From assembly GCA_020058085.1 (NCBI GenBank), contig JAGVER010000014.1:99747-150102 (forward strand): 50,356 bases of DNA, given 5' to 3'. Position 1 is the first letter of the stretch; every line of letters begins with the position of its first letter. Shown here one piece after another: positions 26,486 to 35,892 of the stretch. The position numbers and the translations under genes were made by a program. The stretch is from Candidatus Omnitrophota bacterium. Lineage in GTDB: Bacteria; Omnitrophota; Gorgyraeia; Gygaellales; Profunditerraquicolaceae. The notes under the pieces are model-generated. The model worked only from the letters and a program-made list of their open reading frames with translations. It ran no database searches and had not been told where the DNA came from.

Positions 26486-28864
26486 GTGTTTGATAGGTAT
26501 TTTTCTATAGTCAGTGGTTTTGTCTCTCTTCATAAGCGCGCAATCATAACCGCGATAGTCACTTTAGTTATCCTTGCGTGTTCCGGGGTAGTCTTTATTA
26601 AATACGATAATAATATTGAGTTAATGCTCCCGCGGGACAAGGATATAGCTTTAAGCATGCGCTTTCTGCGCCAGTCACATTTTTCAGATAAGGCTATCGT
26701 ATCATTGGGTTTGAATTCCGAAGCGCATACTACTAGCGATCTTATTCTTGCTGCGGATAAATTTTGTGCGGAGTTAAAGTCGCCGTTAATTACAAAAGTT
26801 ACCCTCGGTATTTCAGGGGATAATCCGCAGGAGCAGATAATTGATTTCTTAAAGTTCGCTCCGCAACTTATTACTCCCGTAGAATTGATTAAAAGTGACA
26901 ATCAGCTTAATGCTCAAGGAGTAAATGCGGCTCTAAAGAGCAACTATCATAAATTGCTTACTCCGGGAGGCACTTTTATGATGCCTTTTATCCGCCTTGA
27001 CCCTTTAGGAATTAAGACGGGTATCCTGCGCAACCTGAGTAAGATCTCTAATGCTTTAGGCTATAATATTATTGTTGAGGACGGACATTTTCTAAGTCCG
27101 GATAAAAGGCACACTTTACTGATTATAAATACAAATATTCCGCTTACTGATGGCTTTGGTGCGCGCAAACTGGTAAATTTTCTCCAGGAAAAGATAAAGT
27201 CCCTCCCTGTTTTTGTAAGCGGCTATATTATTGCTGGGCATATGCACGCGGTAAGTAATGAAGATATTATCAAAAAAGATATTCAGCGTACGGTTACTAT
27301 TGCTATAATCGCGTTCTTGATCGTATTTTTAGCGACTTTTAAGGATCTGAGAGCGCTCATTTTTTTAATTATACCTTTGGGGGCGGTGGCAATTGCGATG
27401 AATTTTTCTGCGTTTGTCTTTGGGAAACTTTCTTATTTTATTGTCGGTTTAGGCGCGGTTATTATCGGCGTAGCCGATGATTATGGAATTCATGCTTATG
27501 TAGCAGTGCATACTAAAGGCAGGAGAGATGCGGTTGGCGAGATAGCCAAGCCGCTTGTTATTGCCGCGCTTACTACGATAAGTGTATTTGCCACTTTCTT
27601 TTTTTCTTCGGTTAAAGGCTATCATCAGCTTGCCCTATTTGCGATCACCAGTATTATTCTTTGTCTCTTGTTTGTCTTATTGATTTTTCCGCACTTCCTT
27701 AAGGAGCATCAGAAGCCGGATAAAAGATTGGATTCTAATATTAAAGTGCAGAGGCTGATTTCAGATAAAGCATGTATCTGGCTCTGGGTTTTAGCCATGG
27801 TTATTCTTATTGGGTTTTCTTTAAAGACTAAGTTTAATAGCGATATATCCCAGTTTGACGGGAGCAAGAAAGAGATTATTTCCGTGGAGGAAGAATTTAA
27901 AGAGACTTATGGCCGCCAAGAGCAACCGGCTATACTTGTTGTTTCAGTAAAGGGTAAGGAGAATGCCTTAGAGAGAAATGAGGAGATCTATCTTAAGGCC
28001 GTATCTTTGGTGGGAGAGAAGGAGTACAGTACTTTTACCTCTCTCTGGCCTTCGCTTAAGAGAAGAAAAGCCAACGTTTTGTTTTGGGAAAAGTTTTGGC
28101 GCGGGGAAAGGCAAGATAAACTAGAGTTGTTGTTGAGCCGGTATTCTGCGCGATATAATTTCTCCAGCGAAGCCTTCGCGCCTTTTTTCGCTAATTTATA
28201 CACTGGGATGAAAATAGAGGAAGGTCCGGATAATTTGGAGCTATTTCAGAATATAAAAGAAAGGTTTATTCAGGAGGATGAAGGTTCCTGGCAGGTGTTT
28301 TCATTCTTTCCAGATAAAGATGAATTTATTAATCCACTGATTAAATTGAGCAAAGATAACCCCGGGGTTTTTATCGTATCGCGTAAAGCGTTCTCTAAGG
28401 CAGTTTCAAATTCTATAACGCGCGAAATTTTATCTCTTTCTTTTATTGCGGGGATACTAGTGCTTATTTTGACAGTAGCCTTATTAAAAGATATAAAATT
28501 AACGCTTATTTCCCTGTTATCAGTGGCAAGCGCCATTATTGCTATCCTCGGTACATTTGCTATTTTCAGGATTCCTATAAATGCCGCGGCGGTTATCGCT
28601 TCAATGATGGTGGTTGGCCTGTGTATTGATTATGGTGTTTTTATGCTTTACAGTTTCAGGCATAAGTTAAATACCGGGACAGTAAAGGCAATCTGGGTCT
28701 CTGCCTTAACTACTCTTATCGGGGCATTTTCGCTTTTATTCGCGAAGCACCCGATCTTATTTTCCATAGGTTTAACTTTAGTTGCGGGGTTATTTAGCGG
28801 TTATATTTCTTCCCAAACGGTAATTCCCGCTCTCTACCGGATTTTTGTAAAGGAAAAGGGATAA
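26486..28864 (+). CDS. MMPL/RND-superfamily exporter
   Basis: 792 aa with two 5-6-TM bundles separated by large soluble loops. Paired with the LolA-like gene. GTG start. Confidence 0.75.
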   Translation: MFDRYFSIVSGFVSLHKRAIITAIVTLVILACSGVVFIKYDNNIELMLPRDKDIALSMRFLRQSHFSDKAIVSLGLNSEAHTTSDLILAADKFCAELKSPLITKVTLGISGDNPQEQIIDFLKFAPQLITPVELIKSDNQLNAQGVNAALKSNYHKLLTPGGTFMMPFIRLDPLGIKTGILRNLSKISNALGYNIIVEDGHFLSPDKRHTLLIINTNIPLTDGFGARKLVNFLQEKIKSLPVFVSGYIIAGHMHAVSNEDIIKKDIQRTVTIAIIAFLIVFLATFKDLRALIFLIIPLGAVAIAMNFSAFVFGKLSYFIVGLGAVIIGVADDYGIHAYVAVHTKGRRDAVGEIAKPLVIAALTTISVFATFFFSSVKGYHQLALFAITSIILCLLFVLLIFPHFLKEHQKPDKRLDSNIKVQRLISDKACIWLWVLAMVILIGFSLKTKFNSDISQFDGSKKEIISVEEEFKETYGRQEQPAILVVSVKGKENALERNEEIYLKAVSLVGEKEYSTFTSLWPSLKRRKANVLFWEKFWRGERQDKLELLLSRYSARYNFSSEAFAPFFANLYTGMKIEEGPDNLELFQNIKERFIQEDEGSWQVFSFFPDKDEFINPLIKLSKDNPGVFIVSRKAFSKAVSNSITREILSLSFIAGILVLILTVALLKDIKLTLISLLSVASAIIAILGTFAIFRIPINAAAVIASMMVVGLCIDYGVFMLYSFRHKLNTGTVKAIWVSALTTLIGAFSLLFAKHPILFSIGLTLVAGLFSGYISSQTVIPALYRIFVKEKG

Positions 28865-28870
28865 GTTTCT

Positions 28871-29533
28871 ATGATAAAAAAGCTCATTATTATATTAACT
28901 ATATCTGTCTGCGGCTGTAGCAGTATACCATTCAGGCATTCGGATTATCTTTCTTTTGACGGTATTGACCCGCAAACCTTAAGGCTTAATTTCTCAGAAG
29001 AGTTACCGCAGGAATTTGAATTATTAAATAGCGCTATCTTTAGGTATTCCTATCTTCACTTCTCAGCTTTAGGGGTTGTTCGCGTGGATACGTTTAAAAA
29101 AAGCCTTGATCTCGCCGGTTTTAACCATCTAGGAGTGATGTTCTTTGAGCTTAGCCTCGACAGTGAAGGCAAAGTGGATTGTAAATATGCCTTACCTGAG
29201 TTCACCAAGCATAAGGATTTCGCCTCCTTTGTCCTAAATGATATAAAAAAGATATACTTTGACCGCGTTCCTCCTCAGTCGGCAGTAGTAAAGCGGGAGA
29301 GACGCAAGGTTGTTTTTAGGGATTCTTTAAAAGATACGTTTACAGAGTATGTTTTTGCCGGAGAAGGCCGGTTTCTGGCAGAGAAGAATTATTATGAGAA
29401 ACATAGGAAAGTTTGGAGCGTTTTTTATTACGAATACACGCCTAAGGATGGTAAAATATATCCAGAGGGGATTCTTCTTAAACATTATAAGTACGGGTAT
29501 AAATTGATTATTAGATTAAAGGAGATACGTTAA
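28871..29533 (+). CDS. lipoprotein (DUF3261-like by position)
   Basis: MIKKLIIILTISVCGC lipobox. About 220 aa. It occupies the slot after MMPL that a DUF3261 lipoprotein holds in APE clusters. The assignment is by position only. Confidence 0.5.
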   Translation: MIKKLIIILTISVCGCSSIPFRHSDYLSFDGIDPQTLRLNFSEELPQEFELLNSAIFRYSYLHFSALGVVRVDTFKKSLDLAGFNHLGVMFFELSLDSEGKVDCKYALPEFTKHKDFASFVLNDIKKIYFDRVPPQSAVVKRERRKVVFRDSLKDTFTEYVFAGEGRFLAEKNYYEKHRKVWSVFYYEYTPKDGKIYPEGILLKHYKYGYKLIIRLKEIR

Positions 29534-29535
29534 CT

Positions 29536-29916
29536 GTGAGCCAGCTTATGCGTTCGATCAAGGGTTGTATGTCGGATTTAGAGTTTGCTCCGGATAATAC
29601 TTTGAGCGCTAATTTTATATTTCCCGTTGATTTTTTAGGTTTTAAGGGACATTTTCCGGGTAAACCTATTCTTCCCGGGGTATGCGAAATACAAGCAGTA
29701 TTACTTATGCTTGAAGAGTTTAAGAAGAAGAATGTGCTGTTAAGGGAGATAGTTCAGATTAAGTTTTTTTCTCCTGTTTCTTGCGATGAAAGGATAGCTT
29801 TTAAATTAGAAGAGAAATTGGAGCTTAACGGAGAAGTTAGCGTTAAGGCTATGGTGGCAAGTGAAGACAAAAGAATTGCGGAGATTCATTTAAGGGTTAA
29901 TATCATCAATAAGTGA
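29536..29916 (+). CDS. hotdog-fold 3-hydroxyacyl-ACP dehydratase (FabZ-like)
   Basis: FKGHFPGKPILPGV matches the FabZ active-site motif (HFPxxPxxPG). 126 aa. GTG start with AAGGAG upstream. Confidence 0.75.
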   Translation: MSQLMRSIKGCMSDLEFAPDNTLSANFIFPVDFLGFKGHFPGKPILPGVCEIQAVLLMLEEFKKKNVLLREIVQIKFFSPVSCDERIAFKLEEKLELNGEVSVKAMVASEDKRIAEIHLRVNIINK

Positions 29917-29932
29917 TTAAAAAGGGTTTTTT

Positions 29933-30418
29933 ATGAGCGTGAGAAGAAAAGAATACTTTGAGAAAAACGCCGGTTATCCTGAACCTGTAACTTTCAGCCT
30001 AAAAAGAAGGGCGAGCTTTAACGAAGTAGATGTTATGGGTATTGTTTGGTATGGCCACTATGCTATTTATTTTGAAGAGGCGTTAAGAGAATTGGGAAGG
30101 CGCTGTGGATTATCTTATCAGGATTATTTTGCCGCTGGTTTGCAGGCTCCTATCGTATCGTTCCACATTGATTATCAACAGCCTCTTTATCTGGATGAAG
30201 AATTTACAATTAAGGCTTCTTTAGTATGGAGCGAGGGTGCTAAGATTAATACTGAATATGAAATCATTAAAGAGGACGGGAGTATTGCTACCCGTGGCTA
30301 TACCATACAGGTGTTAGTAGAGGCGCAATCAGCCGGCGAAGCATGCATTATTGTCCCGGAATTAATCGAGCGTTTACGTAAGCGCTGGTTAGAAGGGGAA
30401 TTCAAGTGCCTGAGGTAA
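29933..30418 (+). CDS. 4HBT/YbgC-type acyl-CoA or acyl-ACP thioesterase
   Basis: 161 aa. FNEVDVMGIVWYGHYAIYFEEA is typical of 4-hydroxybenzoyl-CoA thioesterase-family hotdog proteins. Confidence 0.75.
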   Translation: MSVRRKEYFEKNAGYPEPVTFSLKRRASFNEVDVMGIVWYGHYAIYFEEALRELGRRCGLSYQDYFAAGLQAPIVSFHIDYQQPLYLDEEFTIKASLVWSEGAKINTEYEIIKEDGSIATRGYTIQVLVEAQSAGEACIIVPELIERLRKRWLEGEFKCLR

Positions 30419-31539
30419 AGGTTGTTATTGCCGGTTATGATTTAATTACTGCGTATGGTTTGGGGGTTTCTCCTCTCTGGAGAGGGCTTTTGGAAAAGAA
30501 GACCTGCATTAATAATCTAAGACGATTTTCCGTTAAATCTTTCCAAAGCGTTAACGCTGCTTGTGTTGACGGGCTCACTTATCTGAAAAATAAATCTTTA
30601 GCCTTACAGATGCTCGAAAAAGTATTCGCCAGAAATAATTTAGGTATTCCTAGAGATTCATTTTTAATTTTAGCTACCACCATAGGGGAAATAGATATAT
30701 TAGAAAAATATGTTTTAAGGGGAAGGGGCAGCGCAAGAGGGAGCGTCGTGACCAATCTTTTGAGAAAAACAGGTAGGTTAGCCAAAATAAAAGTTCCCGG
30801 GATGGTTGTTTCTTGCGCTTGTGCGTCTTCAAGCGCCGCTATCGCTCAAGCCGCGAGTTTAATTTGCAACGGTAAAAAAGATTCTGTTTTAGTTGCAGCA
30901 GCAGACAGTGTAAGCGAGTTTGTCTTTAGCGGTTTTTCTTCTCTCATGGCTTTGGACAAGAAGAGGGCCAAGCCCTTTGATAAGGACAGGAGCGGTCTAT
31001 CTTTAGGGGAAGCAGCAGGTTTCATCTTATTGATGAGCGAGGAGCGAGCAAGGAAGGAAAGAAAGAAGATACAGGGTGAAGTTTTGGGCTGGGGGTTGAA
31101 TTGCGACGCAAATCATATAACCGGTCCGTCAGCCGACGGAAGCGGTTTAAGCGGGGCGATTTTAAAGGCATTAAAGTCGGCGAAAGTCTCTTCTTCTGAT
31201 ATAGGCTGTATTTCAGCCCATGGGACAGGGACTCTTTATAATGATTCTATGGAGATTAAAGCATTCAGGAAGATCTATAAAAGACCTCTACCCGCTTATT
31301 CTATCAAAGGGGCTATCGGGCATACTTTAGGCGCTGCCGGATTAGTTGAGGCGATCGTGGCCTTGATGATTCTGCAAGAAAAAGTAATCCCCGCTACTGT
31401 GGGTTTAGAAAATATTGATCGGGAAGCCAAGGGTTGGGTTTCTTTATTCCCGCGAAAACTAAAGAAGAATACGGTTATTTTAAATAATTGTGGATTCGGC
31501 GGAATAAACGCAGCGTTGGTCTTGAGGGTAAATGATTAA
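30406..31539 (+). CDS. ketosynthase (KS-2)
   Basis: Cys in VVSCACASSSAAIAQA and His-His in SAHGTGT / GHTLGAAG. 377 aa. GTG start. Confidence 0.85.
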   Translation: MPEVKVVIAGYDLITAYGLGVSPLWRGLLEKKTCINNLRRFSVKSFQSVNAACVDGLTYLKNKSLALQMLEKVFARNNLGIPRDSFLILATTIGEIDILEKYVLRGRGSARGSVVTNLLRKTGRLAKIKVPGMVVSCACASSSAAIAQAASLICNGKKDSVLVAAADSVSEFVFSGFSSLMALDKKRAKPFDKDRSGLSLGEAAGFILLMSEERARKERKKIQGEVLGWGLNCDANHITGPSADGSGLSGAILKALKSAKVSSSDIGCISAHGTGTLYNDSMEIKAFRKIYKRPLPAYSIKGAIGHTLGAAGLVEAIVALMILQEKVIPATVGLENIDREAKGWVSLFPRKLKKNTVILNNCGFGGINAALVLRVND

Positions 31540-32092
31540 AACTTTAGGTGTAGGCTGGATTAAAAAAGGCAAATGCGGATTAAGAGATAAGGGCTTAACT
31601 TATAAATACGCCGATTTAAAATCACTCTATTTAGTATTGAAAGAAAAGGGGATATTTAGTTTTCCGGTGGAAAATTTTGCCAGATTTGATCAAGCGTCCA
31701 AGCTAGCTACTATTGCGGTAGGCTTGGCTCTTTATGATGCAGACTTTGTTTATGCCCAAGGCAAGAAACAGGATATAGGTATATTGGCTACAAATAAAAA
31801 CGGCTCTTTGGACGCGCAGTTAGCTTATTTCAAGGATTATATAGATAGTGGAAGAACTTTAGGCAGAGGGAACCTTTTTATCTATACTCTGCCTTCCAGC
31901 CCTTTAGCTGAAGCAGCGATACATTTTGGTTTGACAGGCCCGCTTCTTTATATGAATTTTCCTGATAGCGCAAAAAATATCAGGTTGATGGTATACGCGC
32001 AAGAGATGATTAGGGCAGGGCAGGCAAAAACGATGTTAGTTTTGAAATCTACCAATCAAGAAACAGCCTGTTTTGTTGTCGGGGCACTATGA
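31532..32092 (+). CDS. short ketosynthase-like partner lacking the catalytic triad (chain-length-factor-like)
   Basis: 186 aa. Overlaps the KS-2 stop by 8 nt. Thiolase-fold-like sequence without the Cys/His/His motifs. Analogous to the small KS partner of APE clusters. Confidence 0.55.
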   Translation: MIKTLGVGWIKKGKCGLRDKGLTYKYADLKSLYLVLKEKGIFSFPVENFARFDQASKLATIAVGLALYDADFVYAQGKKQDIGILATNKNGSLDAQLAYFKDYIDSGRTLGRGNLFIYTLPSSPLAEAAIHFGLTGPLLYMNFPDSAKNIRLMVYAQEMIRAGQAKTMLVLKSTNQETACFVVGAL

Positions 32093-33345
32093 AAATAAAA
32101 CTTATATATCCAAAGTGGCCGAAGCTAAAGAATCAACCGGAGTTTAATCTTCCTCCGCATGGCCCGGTTTGTTTTGCCGCTGCGCTACCCTTAGATATTC
32201 AGCTTTCTTTTACTGATGAGAATGTTGAGCCGTTAGATTTTAATGAGGAAGCTGACCTGATCTGTCTATCGGTGATGCTTACTTGCCAGATGCCGCGTGC
32301 TTGGGAAATCGCGGATGCATACCGGCTAAGAGGGAAAAAAGTCCTCTTCGGCGGTATAGCTACAATGCTGCACTATGAAGAAGTTACCCTTCACGCGGAT
32401 AGCGTGTTTTTAGGCGAAGCCGAAGGAAGGATGGAAGAGATAATCAATGATTTCAAGTCCGGGTCGCTCAAAAAAACCTATAATTATCTCCATAATTTTC
32501 CCGATACAAATTTAATCAACACCGCCCGCAGGGATATTTTAAACCGCGAACTTTATAATTTTCGCGGAGTACAGATGGTAGACCTTGTGCATGCTTCCCG
32601 CGGTTGTCGTTTTAATTGTTTTCCCTGTTGTACTCCCTATTTGGGCGGTTGTAAATTCCGGCCTCGGCCAATTGATAAAGTAGTAAAAGAATTAGAATCT
32701 ATCAAAAATAACCGACTTTTTATTGTGGATAATTCATTGTCGCAGGATGACGCGTGGGAGAAGGAACTTTTTAGGGCGATCGCTCCATTGAAAAAGAAAT
32801 GGGTTTCACATCCCATAAAAGATGATGATGAAATATTAGACTTAGCGGTTAAGGCTGGATGTTGGTATATCTATCAAGCGGTGGTGGATACATCGGAGCA
32901 TATCCGCAAGAAAGTAAGAAGGCTTAAAGAGCGCGGTATCAGTGTTGAGGGGACAATAATTTTAGGGATGGATAACCACGATGAGGATTATATTAAGCGG
33001 TTAGTTGATTTTTTGCTGGAGATAGAACTAGATTTAGCGGAGTTTACAATCCTTACTCCTTTTTCGCATACCCCGATAAGGCAACAGTTAGAGAGAGAAG
33101 GGCGGATCCTGCATAATGACTGGTTGCGCTATAGCGGAGGGGAAGTAGTTTTTAAGCCCGCGAAGATGAGCGTGGAATCGTTGGAGAAAATGTATCAATA
33201 TGCCTGGGATACTTTTTACTCTGATTTTAGCAAAGAAGTTAAGATGGCAAAATTATATTTAAAAGTAATTGAGAAAGAAAAGGCAGATGGAACTTACAGC
33301 GGCCCGAAATTAAGAAATAGGGCTAAATGGGGAAAGCAGCAGTAA
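32089..33345 (+). CDS. cobalamin-binding-domain radical SAM protein
   Basis: MKIKLIYP... N-terminal B12-type domain and an ASRGCRFNCFPCC CxxxCxxC cluster. 418 aa. Confidence 0.8.
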   Translation: MKIKLIYPKWPKLKNQPEFNLPPHGPVCFAAALPLDIQLSFTDENVEPLDFNEEADLICLSVMLTCQMPRAWEIADAYRLRGKKVLFGGIATMLHYEEVTLHADSVFLGEAEGRMEEIINDFKSGSLKKTYNYLHNFPDTNLINTARRDILNRELYNFRGVQMVDLVHASRGCRFNCFPCCTPYLGGCKFRPRPIDKVVKELESIKNNRLFIVDNSLSQDDAWEKELFRAIAPLKKKWVSHPIKDDDEILDLAVKAGCWYIYQAVVDTSEHIRKKVRRLKERGISVEGTIILGMDNHDEDYIKRLVDFLLEIELDLAEFTILTPFSHTPIRQQLEREGRILHNDWLRYSGGEVVFKPAKMSVESLEKMYQYAWDTFYSDFSKEVKMAKLYLKVIEKEKADGTYSGPKLRNRAKWGKQQ

Positions 33346-34712
33346 TGAGAATATTCCTTATATCTTCAAACATAGCCAATACTCCTTATTCGGTTTATCC
33401 TTTGGGCCTAAGTATGGTTGCCTCAAGCTTGCACAACGCCGGCCACGAAATTAAGCAGTTTGATTTTCTGGCTAGTAACCGTTCTGTAGATGAGTTAGTC
33501 AAAGAAATAAATGTATTCAATCCGGATATTATTGGAGTATCCATACGCAATATTGATAATGTAAACCTCCTTAATGAGCAGCGCTATATTGAAGCGGTAA
33601 GAGATATCGTCCAGAAAGCGCGCAAGGTAACTTCTGCCAAGATAATTCTAGGCGGCTCCGGTTTTTCCATTATGCCCGAGGCAATATTAGATGAAGTAGG
33701 AGCTGATTACGGTATCGTCGGAGAAGGAGAATCACTCATCCTGGATTTTATTAACAAGGTAGAAAATGAGATCCCGATTAAAGAGAGGATCTTGCGTTCT
33801 ACTCCTAGCCTTAAGGGTAAGGATATTCCTTCCGCTTATTATGATCAGCGGATTATGCAGTTTTATTTAAAAAGCGGTAATGTCGCTTCCGTGCAGACTA
33901 AGCGCGGGTGTATTCATAAGTGTATATATTGTTCTTATCCGATATTAGAAGGAGATAAGATCCGCGTCCGCGAGGCAAAGTTAGTAGTTGATGACATAGA
34001 AGGGCTGATTAATAAGCATAAGGCCAAATATATATTCTTTACGGATTCGGTTTTTAACGATGATCAGGGAAATTATTTAAAAGTATTAGAAGAGATGCGC
34101 TCGAGAAGAATAAATATTCCTTGGACTGCTTTTTTCAAGCCCGCGAGAATTGATGATAAAAGTCTATTACTCATGCAGGCGACCGGGTTAAAAGCTGCTG
34201 AAATCGGTGCAGATGCTCCGTCGGACCTTACCTTGAAAAATATCGGCAAGTCATTCTTATTCGAGGATATAGTTAGCTGTAATGATATCTTTGCTAGGTA
34301 TAATATTGCCACTGCGCATTATTTCATGTTCGGATGCCCCGGAGAGACTAAGGATACAGTTTTAGAAGGAATAGATAATATTAAGTCTCTTAAGAAAACC
34401 GTATCTTTTATTTTTATGGGGATACGAATCCTGCCTTGTACATCTCTTGCTAAAATTGCCGAGAAAGACGGTTTGATAAAAAAAGGACAGAATTTACTTG
34501 AACCAGTTTATTATATTGCTCCGGGGATTAGCCATAAGTGGCTAGAAGAGGTATTAACTGAAAGTTTTAAGGGGATGCGGAATTGTGTCTTTCCGCCTGA
34601 TGCCCTGGATTCTAGTTTAGCATTTTTGCATAAGTTAGGTTATTCCGGTTCGCTTTGGGATATGCTTATCCCCGGTAATGCCAAGAGAAATCGCAAAAGG
34701 AAAGATGCCTAA
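33345..34712 (+). CDS. cobalamin-binding-domain radical SAM protein
   Basis: MRIFLISS... start in a TAATG overlap with the upstream stop (the ORF track offers 33327). TKRGCIHKCIYCSY cluster. Confidence 0.8.
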   Translation: MRIFLISSNIANTPYSVYPLGLSMVASSLHNAGHEIKQFDFLASNRSVDELVKEINVFNPDIIGVSIRNIDNVNLLNEQRYIEAVRDIVQKARKVTSAKIILGGSGFSIMPEAILDEVGADYGIVGEGESLILDFINKVENEIPIKERILRSTPSLKGKDIPSAYYDQRIMQFYLKSGNVASVQTKRGCIHKCIYCSYPILEGDKIRVREAKLVVDDIEGLINKHKAKYIFFTDSVFNDDQGNYLKVLEEMRSRRINIPWTAFFKPARIDDKSLLLMQATGLKAAEIGADAPSDLTLKNIGKSFLFEDIVSCNDIFARYNIATAHYFMFGCPGETKDTVLEGIDNIKSLKKTVSFIFMGIRILPCTSLAKIAEKDGLIKKGQNLLEPVYYIAPGISHKWLEEVLTESFKGMRNCVFPPDALDSSLAFLHKLGYSGSLWDMLIPGNAKRNRKRKDA

Positions 34713-35892
34713 GGATAATAAATTGCCTACGAAGCATATCTGGTGTGTTATCCCGGTTTTTAATAACCGAGATACCATAAAAGATATTGCCTTGGGCTGC
34801 AGGGAGATCCTTGAGCATATTATTGTGGTTGATGATGGTTCTTCTGATTGCGATCTAAAAGAATTACTCTCTGATACGGGTATAATCGTTTTAAAGCATG
34901 AGCATAATCTAGGGAAAGGAGAGGCTATTTGTACGGCCTTACATTTTATAGAAAAAACGGACGGCCGGTTTATGATCACTATTGATGGCGATGGACAGCA
35001 CTACCCCGATGATATTAATAAATTTATTCCGCTATTGCAGGATGAAGATGCTTCTATTATTATAGGTTGCCGGGATTTTTCAGGAGAAAATATCCCGGGC
35101 AAGAGCCGGTTTGGCCGGGAATTTTCTAATCTCTGGCTTAGGCTTGAAACCGGGATTGCGATAGGAGATTCTCAGAGTGGTTTCCGGGCTTATCCGGTTA
35201 AATATTTATCAAAGATAAAACTAAGCGGAAGGCATTATGATTTTGAAGTGGAAGTATTGATTCGCGCGATATGGGTAGGGTTAACCATAAGAACAGTCCC
35301 AATCAAAGTTTTCTATCCTAAAAAAGAGTTACGCGTAACCAGTTTTCGTCCTTTTATAGATAACTTGCGTATTTCACTTATGCATACTCGTTTAGTGGGC
35401 CGCAGGCTTTTGCCTATTCCCTACCGTAAATTAGTAATTTCGGTTAAAAAAAATAATTTTCCCGGAGCATTTAAGCACCCTATAAAATTTTTGGGAAGAT
35501 TATTAAGAGAAGAAGCAACTCCTTTAGGTTTGGCTCTTGCCGCGGGGGTAGGAATATTACTTGGTGTTTTACCTTTAGTATCTATGCATACTCTGGCAAT
35601 CATTTATGTGGCAACTCGGCTGCATTTAAATAAAATAATGGCCTTAAGCATACAAAACTTATGCATGCCTCCGTTTGTTCCTCTGGCTTGTATTGAATTG
35701 GGGCACTTCATGCTTTATGGTAAATGGCTTACGGATCTTTCTTGGCAGGCGGTCTTTGGCTCTATCCCAGAGCGGCTCTGGGAGTGGTTTTTAGGTTCCC
35801 TGATTTTAGCGCCGCTTATGGCAATAATTACAGCTATTATCGTATATTTAATTACGTTGACTCTGAAAAAGAGAAGAGTTAGTTATGCCTAA
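34705..35892 (+). CDS. family-2 glycosyltransferase fused to a C-terminal polytopic (DUF2062-like) membrane domain
   Basis: VIPVFNN..., VVDDGSSD and TIDGDGQH (DxD) motifs, then about 130 aa of TM segments. AAAGGAAAG precedes ATG 34705. Confidence 0.75.
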   Translation: MPKDNKLPTKHIWCVIPVFNNRDTIKDIALGCREILEHIIVVDDGSSDCDLKELLSDTGIIVLKHEHNLGKGEAICTALHFIEKTDGRFMITIDGDGQHYPDDINKFIPLLQDEDASIIIGCRDFSGENIPGKSRFGREFSNLWLRLETGIAIGDSQSGFRAYPVKYLSKIKLSGRHYDFEVEVLIRAIWVGLTIRTVPIKVFYPKKELRVTSFRPFIDNLRISLMHTRLVGRRLLPIPYRKLVISVKKNNFPGAFKHPIKFLGRLLREEATPLGLALAAGVGILLGVLPLVSMHTLAIIYVATRLHLNKIMALSIQNLCMPPFVPLACIELGHFMLYGKWLTDLSWQAVFGSIPERLWEWFLGSLILAPLMAIITAIIVYLITLTLKKRRVSYA

